Both the position numbers and the translations under genes were made by a program. Source: the human T2T-CHM13v2.0 reference genome, Homo sapiens. From it: a stretch of DNA of 64,000 bases. Location: the NCBI RefSeq assembly GCF_009914755.1, contig NC_060925.1; one strand, written 5' to 3'. Positions within the stretch are counted from its first letter, which is position 1. Each line of letters starts with the position of its first letter. Positions 24,671 to 37,904 of the stretch are shown piece by piece. The notes under the pieces are model-generated. The model saw nothing but the letters and a program-made list of their open reading frames with translations, was not told the DNA's origin and searched no databases.

Positions 24671-27600
24671 GATAATTTTTCTGAGAAACAAAACCCAGCA
24701 CAGTATTGGCATAGAAACAGACATATAGACTAAATATACAGAAGAGAGAGCCCAGAAATAAATTCAAACATTTACAGTCAACTGCTGAACAAATGTGCCA
24801 GAATACATAATATGGAAAGGACAGTCTTTTAAATAAATAATGTTGGGAAAACTGGATATCCATAGGTAGAAAAATAAAATTAGAACCTCATCTCACATCA
24901 TATGTAAAAATCAACTCAAAATAGATTTAAATGTAAGGCCTGAAACTAGAAAACTACTAGAAGAAAACACAGAGAAAATCGCCTTGACATTGATCTGGGC
25001 AAAGTTTTTTCTGAATGTGACCCCAAAGGCACGGGTAATGAAATAAAAGGAGACAAGTAAGATTACATCAAACAAAAAGCGGCACAGCAAAGAAAACAAT
25101 CAACAGGGTGATGAAACAACCTCCAGAATGTGATAAACTATTCTCAAACCATACATCTGACAGGAGGTTAATGTCCAAAATATATAAGGAACTCAAATAA
25201 GTCAATACCAAGAAAACAAGTAACCTGATTAAAAAATGGGCAAAGAACCTGAATAGACATTTCCCCAAATATAAGACAAAAATGGCCAACAGGTATATGA
25301 AAAAAAATGTTTAACATTTTTATATTTATATCATCAGGGAAATATAAATTAAAACCACATGAAATATCACCCCATACCTTTTAGAATGCCTATTATCCAA
25401 AAAACAAAAAATTAGTATTGGTGAGGATATGGAGAAAAAGAAAGGCTTGTACACGACTGGTAGAAATGTAAATTGGTGCAACCATTTTGGAAAACAGTAT
25501 GTAAATTTCTCAAAATACTAAAAATAGAAATAGCATACAATTCAGCAGTCCCATTTCTGGTTATATATCCAAAAGAAATGGCAATCAGTTTGCCAGAGAT
25601 ATTTGCATTCCCTGCTCATTGCAGCGTTACTCACAATAGCCAAGATACAGAATCGAGCTAAGAGTCCATCGATAGATGAATGAATAAGAAAATGCAATGT
25701 ATACACACACACATACATATATAATATGCACATACACAGAGAGAGATATATACACATATATGTATACATAAAATGGAATACAATTCAGCCTTAAAAAGGA
25801 TTCAATCTTGTGATTTGTGACAGCAAGGATGAACCTGGAAGACATTATGCTAAGTGAAAGAGGCCAGGCATGGAAAGACAAACACTGCAATCCTGTCGTT
25901 TATATGCGGAATTTTAAAAAGCTGAACTCATGGAAGTAGAGAAGAAAATGGTAGTTATCAGGGGCTGAGCAGGGGTGTGAAGATGGAGAGATGTTAGTCA
26001 CAGCTTACACATTTTTAATTAGGAGAAACAATTTTTGGAAATCACTTGTACAGCATGGTAACTATAGTTATTAAAATTTATTGTATAATTGAAAATTGCT
26101 CAGAAAATAGATCTTAAATATTCTCACCTCCAAAGAAATGAAAAATATGAGAGGTAATGAGTATGTTTATTAGCTTTATTTATTACACAATGTATACAAA
26201 TATCAAAACATGTTGTATACCATAAATATATATAATTTCTATTAAGCCTTAAACCTAAAAAAACTGCTTTCTATTTTCCAATATTATGTTAATTATTGAT
26301 TCCCATGACTAAATTGTTTTTTCTTTCTTTTATTAATTTTGGGATTAAATAAGAAAATTTAGAAGTAATTTTGTAAAAACATTTTTATATTCCATACACA
26401 AACCTATCCTAAAAATATCTCACAAAAATTCCTTTGTGTCTGTTTTTTCCCCAAGCCAAATATATTTTTAGCCAACTAATTAATACCAGAAAGATAAAAT
26501 TATCTTCTCATTTAGTATGAAATATTCATAGCTCTGAGTATTTAATTGTAAGAAATACATAGAATTAAAAAGCAGAAATTAATTTGTTCGGTAATAAAAT
26601 ATAAACCTTCTAACTTAAGGGATTTTCACTGTCCTCTTAGAAAGTAGCTCTTCTTAGAGATTTCAACCCAGATGTCTAAGTAGAGGTGTGACTACAAACC
26701 TAACTGTTTTGCATGTAAGTTGAAGGTCAAAGACACAAATGCAGCTGAAAAAGAACTGGGAGAAACTAGGAGATCCCCTACTATGGGGAAAACAAGATCT
26801 ACAAAAATTGCATCTGCATGTTTGAAGTAGAAAAAGATTGAAAATTATGTAATGAAAAATTAAAATCTACGTTAAGTCCTACAATTGCCAATAGACAGAA
26901 GATTACTAGGATCCTCCAATGAATCATATGACAAGGGCCATGAAAGTAGTAAGATCCCTTTCTGACTAGATATTTTCAATTCAGTAGTACCCATCCCAAC
27001 CTTTGCTCTGGTTTTTAATTTATAATGAAGCAAGACTGACTTTACAGGCATCCACCTTTCGGATGCCCTTTCTTTATTCTCTTATAGCATAGATGATCAC
27101 GTTTACTGGGTGAATGCAGATAAAATCTAAAGAATTGGATCCATTTCTTGTCTTCAAATAACCTAGCCACAAAGAATGACCCAACTTTACCTAAAAAGTT
27201 GGATAAACTTATAACACAAATCAAGCAAGTAAGGAAATGCAGGTGTCTATCAAATCAACAAGTCTAGCTTTTTTAGCTTTTCAGAATTTTATCAGTATTT
27301 TTGTTTGGAAATACATATCACCTTCCTCCTTCCAAATCTCTGTCCCTTTTGCCTTGCACCTAACTCTCTCACTGTCTCCATATCATTTATAATTATTTAT
27401 CTTTCTTTAAAAACTGACTGTTATAGTAGGGTATATTCTTCATTTAAATACAAACATACAAAATAAAAACATTTCTGCAAAGTTAGAGGTCCTATAAAAA
27501 TAGGAATTTTTTTTGTTTCTACTTTGCTGCTACTTTTATTTCTCTTTCAGTTACCCAGATGTTACTTCAGACCTTTTAAATTTCCTTTATTTCTGAGGCA

Positions 27601-29934
27601 CTGAAGATATGTTTGCTTGAACTCAATCATGCTATAACATTATTAAAAATAACTATAAATTGACCAAAAAATGAAAGCCAGAAAAAAAGAAGAGAAAAAG
27701 AAACAAAATAAAAGGACAGGAAAGCAAAGAAATGTGTTGCAGATTTGTCTTTAAGCAAAATAGCTGGTTCATGTATAAGCAACAGTTCTTCAAGTGGGGG
27801 TAAAAGTGTTTGCCTGAGTACAGATCAGCAGACCCTATATCGCACATTAGTTGAGAATGGATAATAACACTGCTGCCCTGATGTGACAAAATGAGGCATC
27901 TCCCATGAAGTACGGCAATATGCAAGGATTTCTAGTGGGTTGGGAATCAAACTGAGCCATGGTCCCAATTCTACCAGAGACACTTTTCTAGGTTTCAGAC
28001 ATCTCATAGAAAAAATGAGGGATATTGCACTTGTTGTCTGGGCAGCATATGTCAAAGGAACCCCTAGCATAATGATTTTAAATATTTTACTTTGCTATCA
28101 ACATAAACTCACCAAATGGACTATAATAAACAATTCAAATTCAACTTTTATTCAACAAACAAATGAAATATTAAAGGTTCCAGAATTTTCAATATTATGT
28201 TATCAGAAAAAATCGTTTTCTGCCACATGTCATAAATATTTTGTTAAACCATGTTTTCTAATATTGAGATTAAATTAGGGATATCATAGTCACCACATAG
28301 GTTTATAAATTTTGCAATTCATATTTCACAAGCATCAGCAGCCTGTGGATATTCCAGCAGTAGTAACCCTAGGGAATTTTTTGGAGACCAGAGGCTATCT
28401 TTCATTGAACTCACAAACAAGTTCATGCCTGCAAGGTTTTGATGCTCCACTCCTACTTTTCCAAGGGGTAAGTTAGTCCCTTCATTAAATTCTAGGTAAA
28501 AAGTTTCATGTTTATTTTTACACTGTTTCATTTGGCCAACAAATACTGCCGCTGGATTGCAGGCTGTGACAATCCCCAGCATACATAAACTGCATTCTAT
28601 CTGTGGTTGCTACCCTTGGCACTTATGTCTCTTGTTTCACCAGGCACAGCATTTACTCATGATTGCCACCATTGCACAGTAGAAGGACCTGGTTTCTGTG
28701 GTGTCTGAGTTTCTCAATGGCAAAGCTCTAAGGTGGCCTGTGACTAAGGACATCGGAAAGAGAGGAACAAAGAACCATTATTTCTTGTTACAGTGATGCT
28801 AGGCAGTGTTTGTACATTAATATATTTCATAGTTCAATGAACAAGCTCATTCAGTATTTTAGGAAGATATTTAATGTAGTCTATCCCTACCCTTCATAGG
28901 TCTCAGAAATGAGTCCAATGGGGACTGAGTAGAAATGTAAATCCTACAGACCAATTCCATATTCTGTCCAGAATTACTCCTTAATGATTAAGACAGTGGT
29001 ATCAAGTTAATAGTTTTATACCTCGTTCTCTTACTTTAAAATTTATTTTCTCCTAAAAAGCTAATTATTTTCCCTGTTAACAGACTTCTCTTGAATAGTC
29101 CCACCAGTTTTCTACACATAACCGCAGTGTCTGAATCCCCCAAAGGGTCCTCGTTGATATTATTCCCCAGAGGTTTCTTCCACCACATAGATAAAGAGAT
29201 TCCAATTAGGAATTGCTAGGCAACTCACCAGATGTCTTCAGATATTCCATCACTTAGTAATAGACCAAGTGTGGGCTAAACCTGATGTTAGTGTTACACT
29301 TCAAACAAAAGGCACATAGGAAGAAAAACAGAAACTTACTGTCAAGACCTACCACAAGCTACTAACTATTTCCTACTGTAAAGTTACACATGAGTTTTGG
29401 TTTCTTTTTCTTTCTTTCTTTCTTTTTTTCTGGATCTGTACCTCTCAAGAGAACTTCAATAAGGATATATGAGATTTTAAAATAAAATAAGGAAACTTTT
29501 TTAAAATGACAGTCTATCTAGTTCCTACCAGGATGCTGAAGTAGCAAGACTGCTGGATTTCAGCTTTAAGAGAAACTAGAGAGAAATCCCAGATAAATTG
29601 CAAAGGGAAAACATAAAACATCAAGGACAGGAAAAAAACTGTAAGAAATCCTTGGGTGATGGGTGGCTCTTTTAAAACTGCTGTGTGAGGGGGTGGTACA
29701 GGGAGCAAGACCTACTACAAGGAGAAAACTTTAGCGGGGCAGAAACTGTAGCGTTCTGCCCTTGTTCTTCCACCACCCTCCGTAACTTCTGGTTGTTGCT
29801 TCTGCAACCATTCAGGAAGTATTCTCACCCTATTATTGGGGTAAAATAAATGAGGTCATAATCTGAAGAATTATTTTAGAATGAGGAATACTCTGATATC
29901 AGCTTCCTCCATCTCAGGGCTCAATCCACCCTGA

Positions 29935-30510
29935 ACTCACAGGGGTTGGACTGAGGTCTGGCCTTGCTCACATACTGACTGTTCATAGACGTGATAATAG
30001 CAGGTTGGAGGCTGTAATTTTAAAAGAGCTCCCTTACAAGTTTGGCCCTTGTCTGGTGTCTGGAAACTTGACTTCTGAAACATTCTCAAAATGATAAGAT
30101 TGTGTCTCTTAAGTCTAGGTTGTTTATACAAACAATGTGCTTTGTGGTGAAAACATGCTCTTCTTCTGGGAGTCTGGCATGTTTGTTGCTAGACTGAGAA
30201 TGGCTGTGTGACCAGCCTCCACTAAAAATCCTAAATTATGTCTCAAACAAGATTACCTGGGTAGAAATGTCATGAAGATGTGACTGCATTTTTGGTGATA
30301 GAGGGGGGGCATACTCTCTGCGACCCCTTATGGAAAGGAGAGAGCATAGGAAATCTGCACGTGGATTCCTCCAGACACTGTTTATTTCTCTTTGTTGGTT
30401 CTTATTCTGTCTCTAATAAATCTCAGCTGTGAGTATAGCCACATGCTAAGATTGCTGAGTTCGTTTAATGAGTCATCAGATGTGTGGGCATCCCTGAGAC
30501 ACTGGAAACA
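29935..30510 (+). mobile_element. ERVL-type solo LTR (MER68/MER77-like)
   Basis: Motifs ttggcccttgtctggtgtctggaaacttg, tgtgaccagcctccactaaaaatcct and aataaatctcagctgtgagtatagc. Confidence 0.6.
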
Positions 30511-31249
30511 TTGATGAAATAACTGATAACCTCCGGGAATAGGAGGTCCAATGCCAAATTAACAGTACCCTTGAGGAGCGCAGCCATCTCTAAAGAAAAA
30601 CAAATATTGGCTTACCACTTTCACCACAAGCAAAATGTTAGAACAGATGGGCCAAGAATTAAAAAGTATCTCTATAAACCTTCTAAAAGAGATAAGATAA
30701 TATTTTGACAATAAGAAAAAAGGGAAGTATGAAGTATCTTCTAACCTGTTTTTAGTCCATCTGCATGCTGTAATATAACTCACTTCTTCTCATATATTTT
30801 AAGAATTTCTTGGTCCATGTTGATTTTTGACTGTATTTCTTGCCTCCATCTTCTCTCTCTTCTTGTATATTTGTAGAAAATTCACGTGGAATGCTATCTA
30901 GCTTACATTTCAGATCAAAATTTAGTTGATTCTTCTTTTCAAGTGTTTCAGCTTCACCTTCATGAGTCAAAATCATAGTCTTCCTCCAGGTCCAGCTTAA
31001 ATTTCATAATCTCTATGAAACCACATTACTGTTCAATTCCTTAATTACCAATTCCATGCTACATTAACCACAATACTTTTTTTCATAGCATTATTTGTAA
31101 GGTGTTTGTATTATTTTGAACTGATATATGATTGCCCTACTAGAATATAGTATTTTAGGGAATAGAGACTATACCTTAGTCAGCTATGCTACAACACTCT
31201 GCAAAGATGTATTGCATTAGTAAAAAAGATGGGATGTAATAAAAACAAT

Positions 31250-31500
31250 AATTGCAATTGCTAATGTTTATTAAACACTTACTATATGTGTTATTAATTT
31301 TTCAATGTTCTACTTTTAATAACTTATGTAATCCTCAAAACAGTTTATAAATAAAGCTCTCCTATATTCGCCATTTTGAAGATAAAACAACTAAAGCACA
31401 CGGGAATTTAATAACCTCCCTAAGGTTAAAGTGGTGCTAAGTGAAAAAAACAATCTTTGAATCAGTGAGGTCCAGTCTCAGAGGCTGAACTGTTTAAATA
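31250..31500 (-). mobile_element. MIR SINE
   Basis: gctaatgtttattaaacacttactat...atcctcaaaacag...ccattttgaagataaaacaactaaagcaca resembles the antisense MIR core. Confidence 0.65.
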
Positions 31501-31779
31501 CTCTGTGAAACTTCTTTTATTAATAGATGAGAAATATTAGAATTTCCTGATTTAGAAACAAAATCTAACAAATCAAAACAAAGTATTAAATTTGAATTTC
31601 AAGTAAACAACAAATCATTGTTTTTTATAAGTAGTTCCTAAATACTGCATGGGATATAATTATACTAAAATTTAATTGTTGTTTATCTGAAATTCAAATT
31701 TGACTGGGTGTTTTATATTACATCCAGTCATTCTACAAATACAAATAATGATATACATCTAAACAGAAGTGTGACAACT

Positions 31780-32170
31780 TGTGTGGTAGATAGAGAGATG
31801 TACCACCCAGATAACCTTTATGAAATAGTGTACTTTCCAACTGTGGAGTGTGGAATGTCCAGACAAGCCTCCTCCCAGCACTTCCTCAGGGTCTGCTTGA
31901 TTTCTGTCTGATCATTCCCTTTCTAGGGCAGCTGGCATCTGCTGACTGAGGATGGTGCCTATAAAGGCTCGGCTAGTGTAGCCCAATGCCAAACAACCCT
32001 AACAGGCAATATTGACTGTAAGCTTCTGTAGGCAGTCCAAGCCTTTTATGACTTCCTGATGACCAACTATACCTCCTTCCCCTTCCTTTCACATACCTCA
32101 ATCCTTAATAAATATCTTGAGCCTCAAACTTTGTCTTCATGTCTGCATTCGGAGAACCCAACCTTCAACA
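31780..32170 (+). mobile_element. LTR16-like ERVL solo LTR
   Basis: Starts tgtgtggtaga..caccc, ends ttaataaatatcttg...tctgcattcggagaacccaaccttcaaca. Confidence 0.6.
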
Positions 32171-32292
32171 GCTTACATTTAGAGATAACCAAGTAACGAC
32201 AAAAAGAACCCATTTCTTTCTACAAAGCCCTTCTATTGACAGACAAATAATTTTTACTGTAGCCCCTTTGCTGAAATCAGAGCAATATACCT

Positions 32293-32790
32293 TGTATCAG
32301 TCAGGATTTGGACAGGAAACAGATATATACTCAAAGGTGACAATTTAAAAATTTAATGAAAAGACTATTTACAAAGGTGTGGACAGGCCTAAGCAAACCC
32401 AGAAGGTTGTTACATAACTTGTTACGAAGAACAAAATTTGACATGGAGGCTATAAAAATCTAATTAGCAATGCAGGAAGACATCACTAACCCTAGGCCTG
32501 TAAGGGATATGGGTAAGAGATGGTTACCGGAACCCAACAAGCTGGGACAGGAGTATCCCTCACAGATGAGAAAAAAGTATAGCCATGGACCAACCATAGC
32601 CTAGCTGCAAGAAGCCATAAGAACACAAACACAGATCTCTCATTCTTTCCAGGGTCCCAACTATCGCTGGTGCTTGCCATGGGGTGAGCCCAGCCAGAAG
32701 CCAGAGGGCCAGGTAGAGGACAGCCTGTACGCAGAGAACAAGGCCAGCACAGAGTGAAGAGTAGATTTGACAGGAAAATAAAGACTAGAC
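32293..32790 (-). mobile_element. LTR33-like ERVL solo LTR
   Basis: tgtatcagtcaggatttggacaggaaacaga...gactatttacaaaggtgtgg...agccagaagccagagggc. Confidence 0.6.
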
Positions 32791-33699
32791 CAAAGTAATA
32801 AAGCTCAAGATCAAGAATGGTATGCTAATTCATGAAGCAAAGGAAAGGCAGAACATGAGACAGACTACTGCATCAGAAATGGAAAGACCTCAGTTATAGT
32901 ACTATTAATATACCTGATTATTTTTTATATTACAGTCAAGTCACTATCTCTCTGGGTCTGTTTTGTCATCTTTTAAATGAGTCCATAAACTCTAGGGTTT
33001 CTTCAGGCTTTTACAATCCATAATTATACCTACCTAAATTTCCTATATGAAGTCTATGAAGAGAATGACTTTGGGAAATGAGATTCAGAATTATTTAAGA
33101 AAGCAGAATAATTATGAAATAGCAATGACCTGCTTTAAGAAAATTAAGAGAGCAGCAGGAAAGGTAATATGTAGGATTTGCTAATGACAATGGGTTATTA
33201 ACAAGAACAAGAGTTGTCACAGGAGATGGTGTGAAAATAAAAGGATATAACATAGAACACAAAGGAAATACAGATGAATTAAAAAATCCATAAAAATTTT
33301 AATAGTAATTTTTAGTAAGCCCAGTTTAGTATGATCAAATTCAAATCATGAAAGACTAAAAGGAGATAAAATACCTACACGTGTAATTTTTTTTCATTTG
33401 GAAATAAGTACAATATGGATTAATAAAAAGAACAGGTAAATTTAAGATCAAAGTTCAGAGTTCAAATATTCATAGAGTACTTTGAAAGAACAAATGAGAT
33501 ATTTAGTTGAAAGTGCTTTGAAAGCTTTAAATTGCCACTCAAATATTGTTGACCTTTCTGTTGGGATCAATCTATTGGTATCTTAATGGATTTTTTTTTC
33601 TAAATAGAAAGTGTTTGAATGTTTCTAAACACAATATTTCTGAAAGAGGGATCACGGGTCATGGCAAAATATGGCATGGATAAAACACAGTTTATTAGC

Positions 33700-34088
33700 A
33701 CGGTAGATTATATTACTTGTTACCAAAAGTTCCAGTTCCTGTCCATGTAGTGCCTCTTGGTGTGAGAAGATGATGCCCTGTTGAACTTTGAAGTGGCCTT
33801 AAGACTTGCTTTGACTGATGAAATATAGGTAGAAGAGACATGTGTCACTTTGGGGCAGAAGTTCATGAGCTGACATGTCTCTTTCCCCTCTGTCCTGATG
33901 AGTAGCAATGTACTGTGAAGCAGCTGGTCATCAGCCTGGGTCCCACAGTGGCTATGACATAAAACAAAGCCACAGTCAACCCAAGATAGACATACGTTGT
34001 TAAAGAGAAATATATTCGTTGCTATGACTGACTGAGATTTTTGTGGTAACTTTTACTGTATCATAACTTAGCCTATATTAACTGATGA
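33700..34088 (+). mobile_element. MLT1H/I-like MaLR LTR
   Basis: gacttgctttgactgatgaaat..gaagagacatgtgtcactt..gcagaag and 3' end actgagattt...cataacttagcctat. Confidence 0.6.
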
Positions 34089-34340
34089 AATTGGTTTTCT
34101 ACTGTATTTACATTATTTTTCTTGCCTGAGCAGCTTTTGGGTACCCAGTTTTTGTTTTGACAGTTCAGCTTTAGTTGAAAACATATGTCTCCGAAGAGAC
34201 ATACGCTTGCTGCAGATTTGGCCTGATAGTTTTAGGGTACAAATACCTTTCCTGCTTCCTTCACTCTCAGGTAGATTCTGGACCTGAACTCAGGAATTGT
34301 GATCAGAGAGTGTAGTAAAGCTAAGGAATTACTCACTGTG

Positions 34341-34903
34341 TGTATTAGGGTTCTCCAGAGGGACAGAACTAATAGGATAGATGTATATATGAAAGGGAGT
34401 TTATTAAGGAGAATTGGCTCACACGATCACAAGGCAAAATCCCACGATAGGCCATCTGCAAGCTGAGAAAGAAAGAAGCCAGTAGTGGCTCAGTCTGAGA
34501 ATAAAGCCTCAAAAATAGGGAAACCAACAGTGCAGCCTTAGGGCTGTAGCCGAAGGCCTGAGAGCCCCCGACAAACCACTGGTGTAAGTCCAAGAGTCCA
34601 AAGGCCGAAGAACCTGGAGTCTGATGTCTAAGGGCAGGAAGTAACCAGCACAGGGGAAATATAAAGGCCAGAAGACTCAGGAAGCCAGCTTCTTCCACCT
34701 GCTCTGTTCTAGCCGCACTGGTAGTCGGTTGGATGGTGCCCACAAACATTGAGGGTGGGTCTTCCTCTTCCAGTTCACTGACTCAAATGTTAATCTCCTC
34801 TAGCAACACCCTTACCCTCATGGACACACTCAGAACAATACTTTACCAGCTATCTAGGCATCCTTCAATCCAATCAAGTTGACACCTAATAATAACCATC
34901 ACA
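34341..34903 (-). mobile_element. MLT2A (MLT2A2-like) HERV-L solo LTR
   Basis: gggttctccagagggacagaactaatagga...caatccaatcaagttgacacctaataataaccatcaca. Perfect 5-bp TSD ctgtg at 34336-34340 and 34904-34908. Confidence 0.92.
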
Positions 34904-35194
34904 CTGTGTTAATCCTATACAGCAGTCTATGGATTTTTCTTCCTGAGGCAAACCAGGGTGCAGTTTCTTGTACCAATGCATTTTTCTTACTAGTCTTCTT
35001 TGAAATTATTACTTTGACTTGTTTCTTTGACCCTTTTTGTCATCATGTTCAAATTTAATATTCTTATTTATTTGATACTGTTGCAAATATTTCACTGGAT
35101 AGCTGCTGAAGTTGACATTAAATGCTATATTTATTGTGGGCAATTTAAATAAATCTGTTCTGCAGAGGCCATGTCATTACAAAGACTGTAGGGT

Positions 35195-35230
35195 ATGTGT
35201 GTGTGTGTGTGTGTGCGTGTGTGTGTGTGT
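35195..35230. repeat. (TG)n microsatellite
   Basis: Read directly from the sequence. Confidence 0.95.
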
Positions 35231-35482
35231 ATTCATAACTCTAGCCAATAACTTGATGACATATATAGAAAGAGAAAAGTATACAGAAGGAGGGAAGGAG
35301 AGAAGACAAGACAAGGCAAAAAGAGGAGAGAGAAGTATCATTCAGAGAAGTGAAAATAAATTGCCATGATAGTTCAGTTCAGGAGAGATTACATCTTCAA
35401 AGAAAAAGTGACAGCCAACCTGTAATTTGCGGGTGCTGTGAAAAATCAGATCATGCATGTTTAGTACATATGTATCATATGA

Positions 35483-36645
35483 GACAGATGTTTACTATGA
35501 AATGAATAAAGCTTAAGTTTAAGCATCAATCCTTTTGCTTGCACTGAATCTTCCAAAACCCTGGGTGGAGGGTGTTTCGCAAAACAATATGATCACAAGG
35601 TGATCTTTCTATAATGCAGTTTTAAACTGCTGTGAAGATTATTTTCTCGTTATACACTGACTTCCCTTTGTTGCAATTCTTATTTTATTAGTGTTCCAGT
35701 GAACAAGAATATTTTCGGAATCTGGCTAAGAGCAAGTTGAATGGGGAATACATTTATTTGGGGTTTAATGATATAATTGTGTGTTTCCTAACCACTTCTG
35801 TGTCAATTTATTAATAACTGAACTAATATAGAAATGTATTCCTGGAATACCTCTTTCTGCCTTTAATGTATAGATGATATACGTGGTATTATGACCTGAA
35901 AGTGGAGGATCATTAGATGTATCTTTATTCACACTTTTCAAGCACTGAGCATTACAAGTATGTGGTTAGTGTAGAAAAATAGTATAAGGAGCAAGAAGGT
36001 ATTCTGTGCAAATTTCTTCTAAATATCAAACAGACATGGAAAACTGTAAGTGGAAGATAAGAGTTTGCCTCAATACACAGTCAGAATGGACCTTATATCC
36101 TGTCAGAAATCCAGTTGATAATGTGGTATATACGATGATAAAAAGGCAAACCTTCAGTTTTTCCACACTGTTTTTAATGGGATTCAAAAAATAAATTTTT
36201 TCAGAGTGCTTCTGTTCAAAGGATCAAACTTTCAGCAGTGTTATGCAAAAAAAAAAAATCAATATGTGGTACAGCATATTTATGCATCTAATCTTTTAAT
36301 AATAAAAATATCCTGCCAGTCATGCTAAATGAAAGATTGATTTAACTGTAATTTCTCTAAAGAAAATAATATTACAAAATCATTGTCATTCAAAGAGATG
36401 ATCAATGTGTATGTATCTAAGTCAAGTAAATACAAAAAAGTCAAGCAATTCATTAATAAAAATGTAGTTATTTTGGAGTTTGTGATGTTTATACTGTTTG
36501 TCACCCTTTAAAATTTGTAACAGGTTTGTCTTTTGAAATAAATACCTAGATTTATAACCAAATTTATATTTAAACTTTGTAATATTTAATGGTAAAAATG
36601 GACCCTAAATTATATAAGCTTGAGGATGCGCAAAACCTGAAACTC
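35483..36645 (+). mobile_element. Zaphod/MER115-like hAT-Tip100 DNA transposon remnant
   Basis: Subterminal aagcttaag and tataagcttgagg motifs. 36320-36410 resembles the hAT C-terminal dimerisation region (M..ERL....S.E..I..SLSF.E.I). Confidence 0.5.
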
Positions 36646-37319
36646 TATGGGTAATAGAAAGAGAGTACTATATAAAGATTATGGCATAAGGAAAGGTATG
36701 GAAGTGCTAAATTGATAGCATTTATGGGAGGGGATAAGATAAGAATGCATTAAGTGGGATGGAGCCACTAAATACCATTTAAATAATTTGAGTAATTATC
36801 AAAGGCGTTTTATTGAGTTGATATCCATGTCTATAATTCAGTAGTTATACTTTGGCAGCACTGATGAAGAAGAAAAATGATGATGAAGAATCATATTAAG
36901 AGATAAGTAAAGGATAGGAGGAGGCATAAACATATTCAATAAAAAATGTATGTGAAAATTATCAAGTCAATGAATCATTCCATATAGGAGTAAAAAATAA
37001 AGGAAAATAAAAAACACAACCTATTTCAAGATGTTTAGAATGATGGCAATGCTAATAACTAACATCAGTAATAAATTCTAAAGAAATCAGATTAGGAAAG
37101 GAACATGTCCTGGGTAGGTGTTTAAAAAACAAAAAATCACCCAATTTTTCCTTCCTCTTCAATACCAGCTTCCTTACTTTTCCTTTCTCACTTATAGGCC
37201 AGCTCCTGAGTTGACAATATTCACAGCCTCCATTTCCGAAACCATTACTCACTTGCCAAACTACTGCAATTTGAATTCCAGTTCCCGTTCTCCACTGCAA
37301 CTACTATTTCAAAAATTAC

Positions 37320-37880
37320 CATAAATTTCAGTGTTTGCAAACATCAATGATTCTTAGAAGTCTTATTTCTAAACATCAGTAGATATTTTCCATCTCTTAT
37401 TTTACTAGCTATCTCAGCAGAATGGTTGACATTCCCTATTAAAACACTCTTACTTTTAACACTCTTTGTTTTTCTCCCCACATTTTGACTACTTTGTCTA
37501 TGTTTATTTTGTATCTCCATCCTCTTCTACATAGCTATTCAATGTCAAAATCCCTAGAAATCTATTTTAGATCTTCTCCTTTTTCCACTTTATACTCTCT
37601 CTAGAAGACATCATTCAAATCTTCAATTACTATATCTAAATCTATGACTCACAAATGCATATCTCCAGTCAAGAACTTTTGTCTGCACTTGGTACTCATA
37701 TATATATATGAGAGTATGTATATACATATATATACACACGTGTGTGTGTGTGTGTATGTTTGTGTATACTATTTGGTATATGCAAGAAACTCAAAAATTC
37801 TTATACAAAATGAAATTGAAAATTTTCAATTTTATCTTCTTCCAGTGTTTCCTAACAAAACTATTGTGTCCACATTATAC
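37320..37880 (+). mobile_element. L2 LINE remnant, continuing at about 41900-42350 after the ERVL insertion
   Basis: ttactagctatctcagcagaat resembles the L2 RT motif LLDLSAAF. Typical L2 3' motifs (aaatctgatcaagtcatctcc, cagggcctctgcacctgc) appear downstream. Confidence 0.6.
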
Positions 37881-37904
37881 TCATAAGAAAATTACATAAT
37901 CTTT

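Noticed and set aside
26250-29900. Longest stretch with no repeat I could recognise, including a 112-aa ORF (27940-28278) and a pyrimidine-tract/AG near 27550
   Set aside because: No recognisable domain or supported exon structure. It could hold a lncRNA exon or enhancer, but that needs conservation or expression data.
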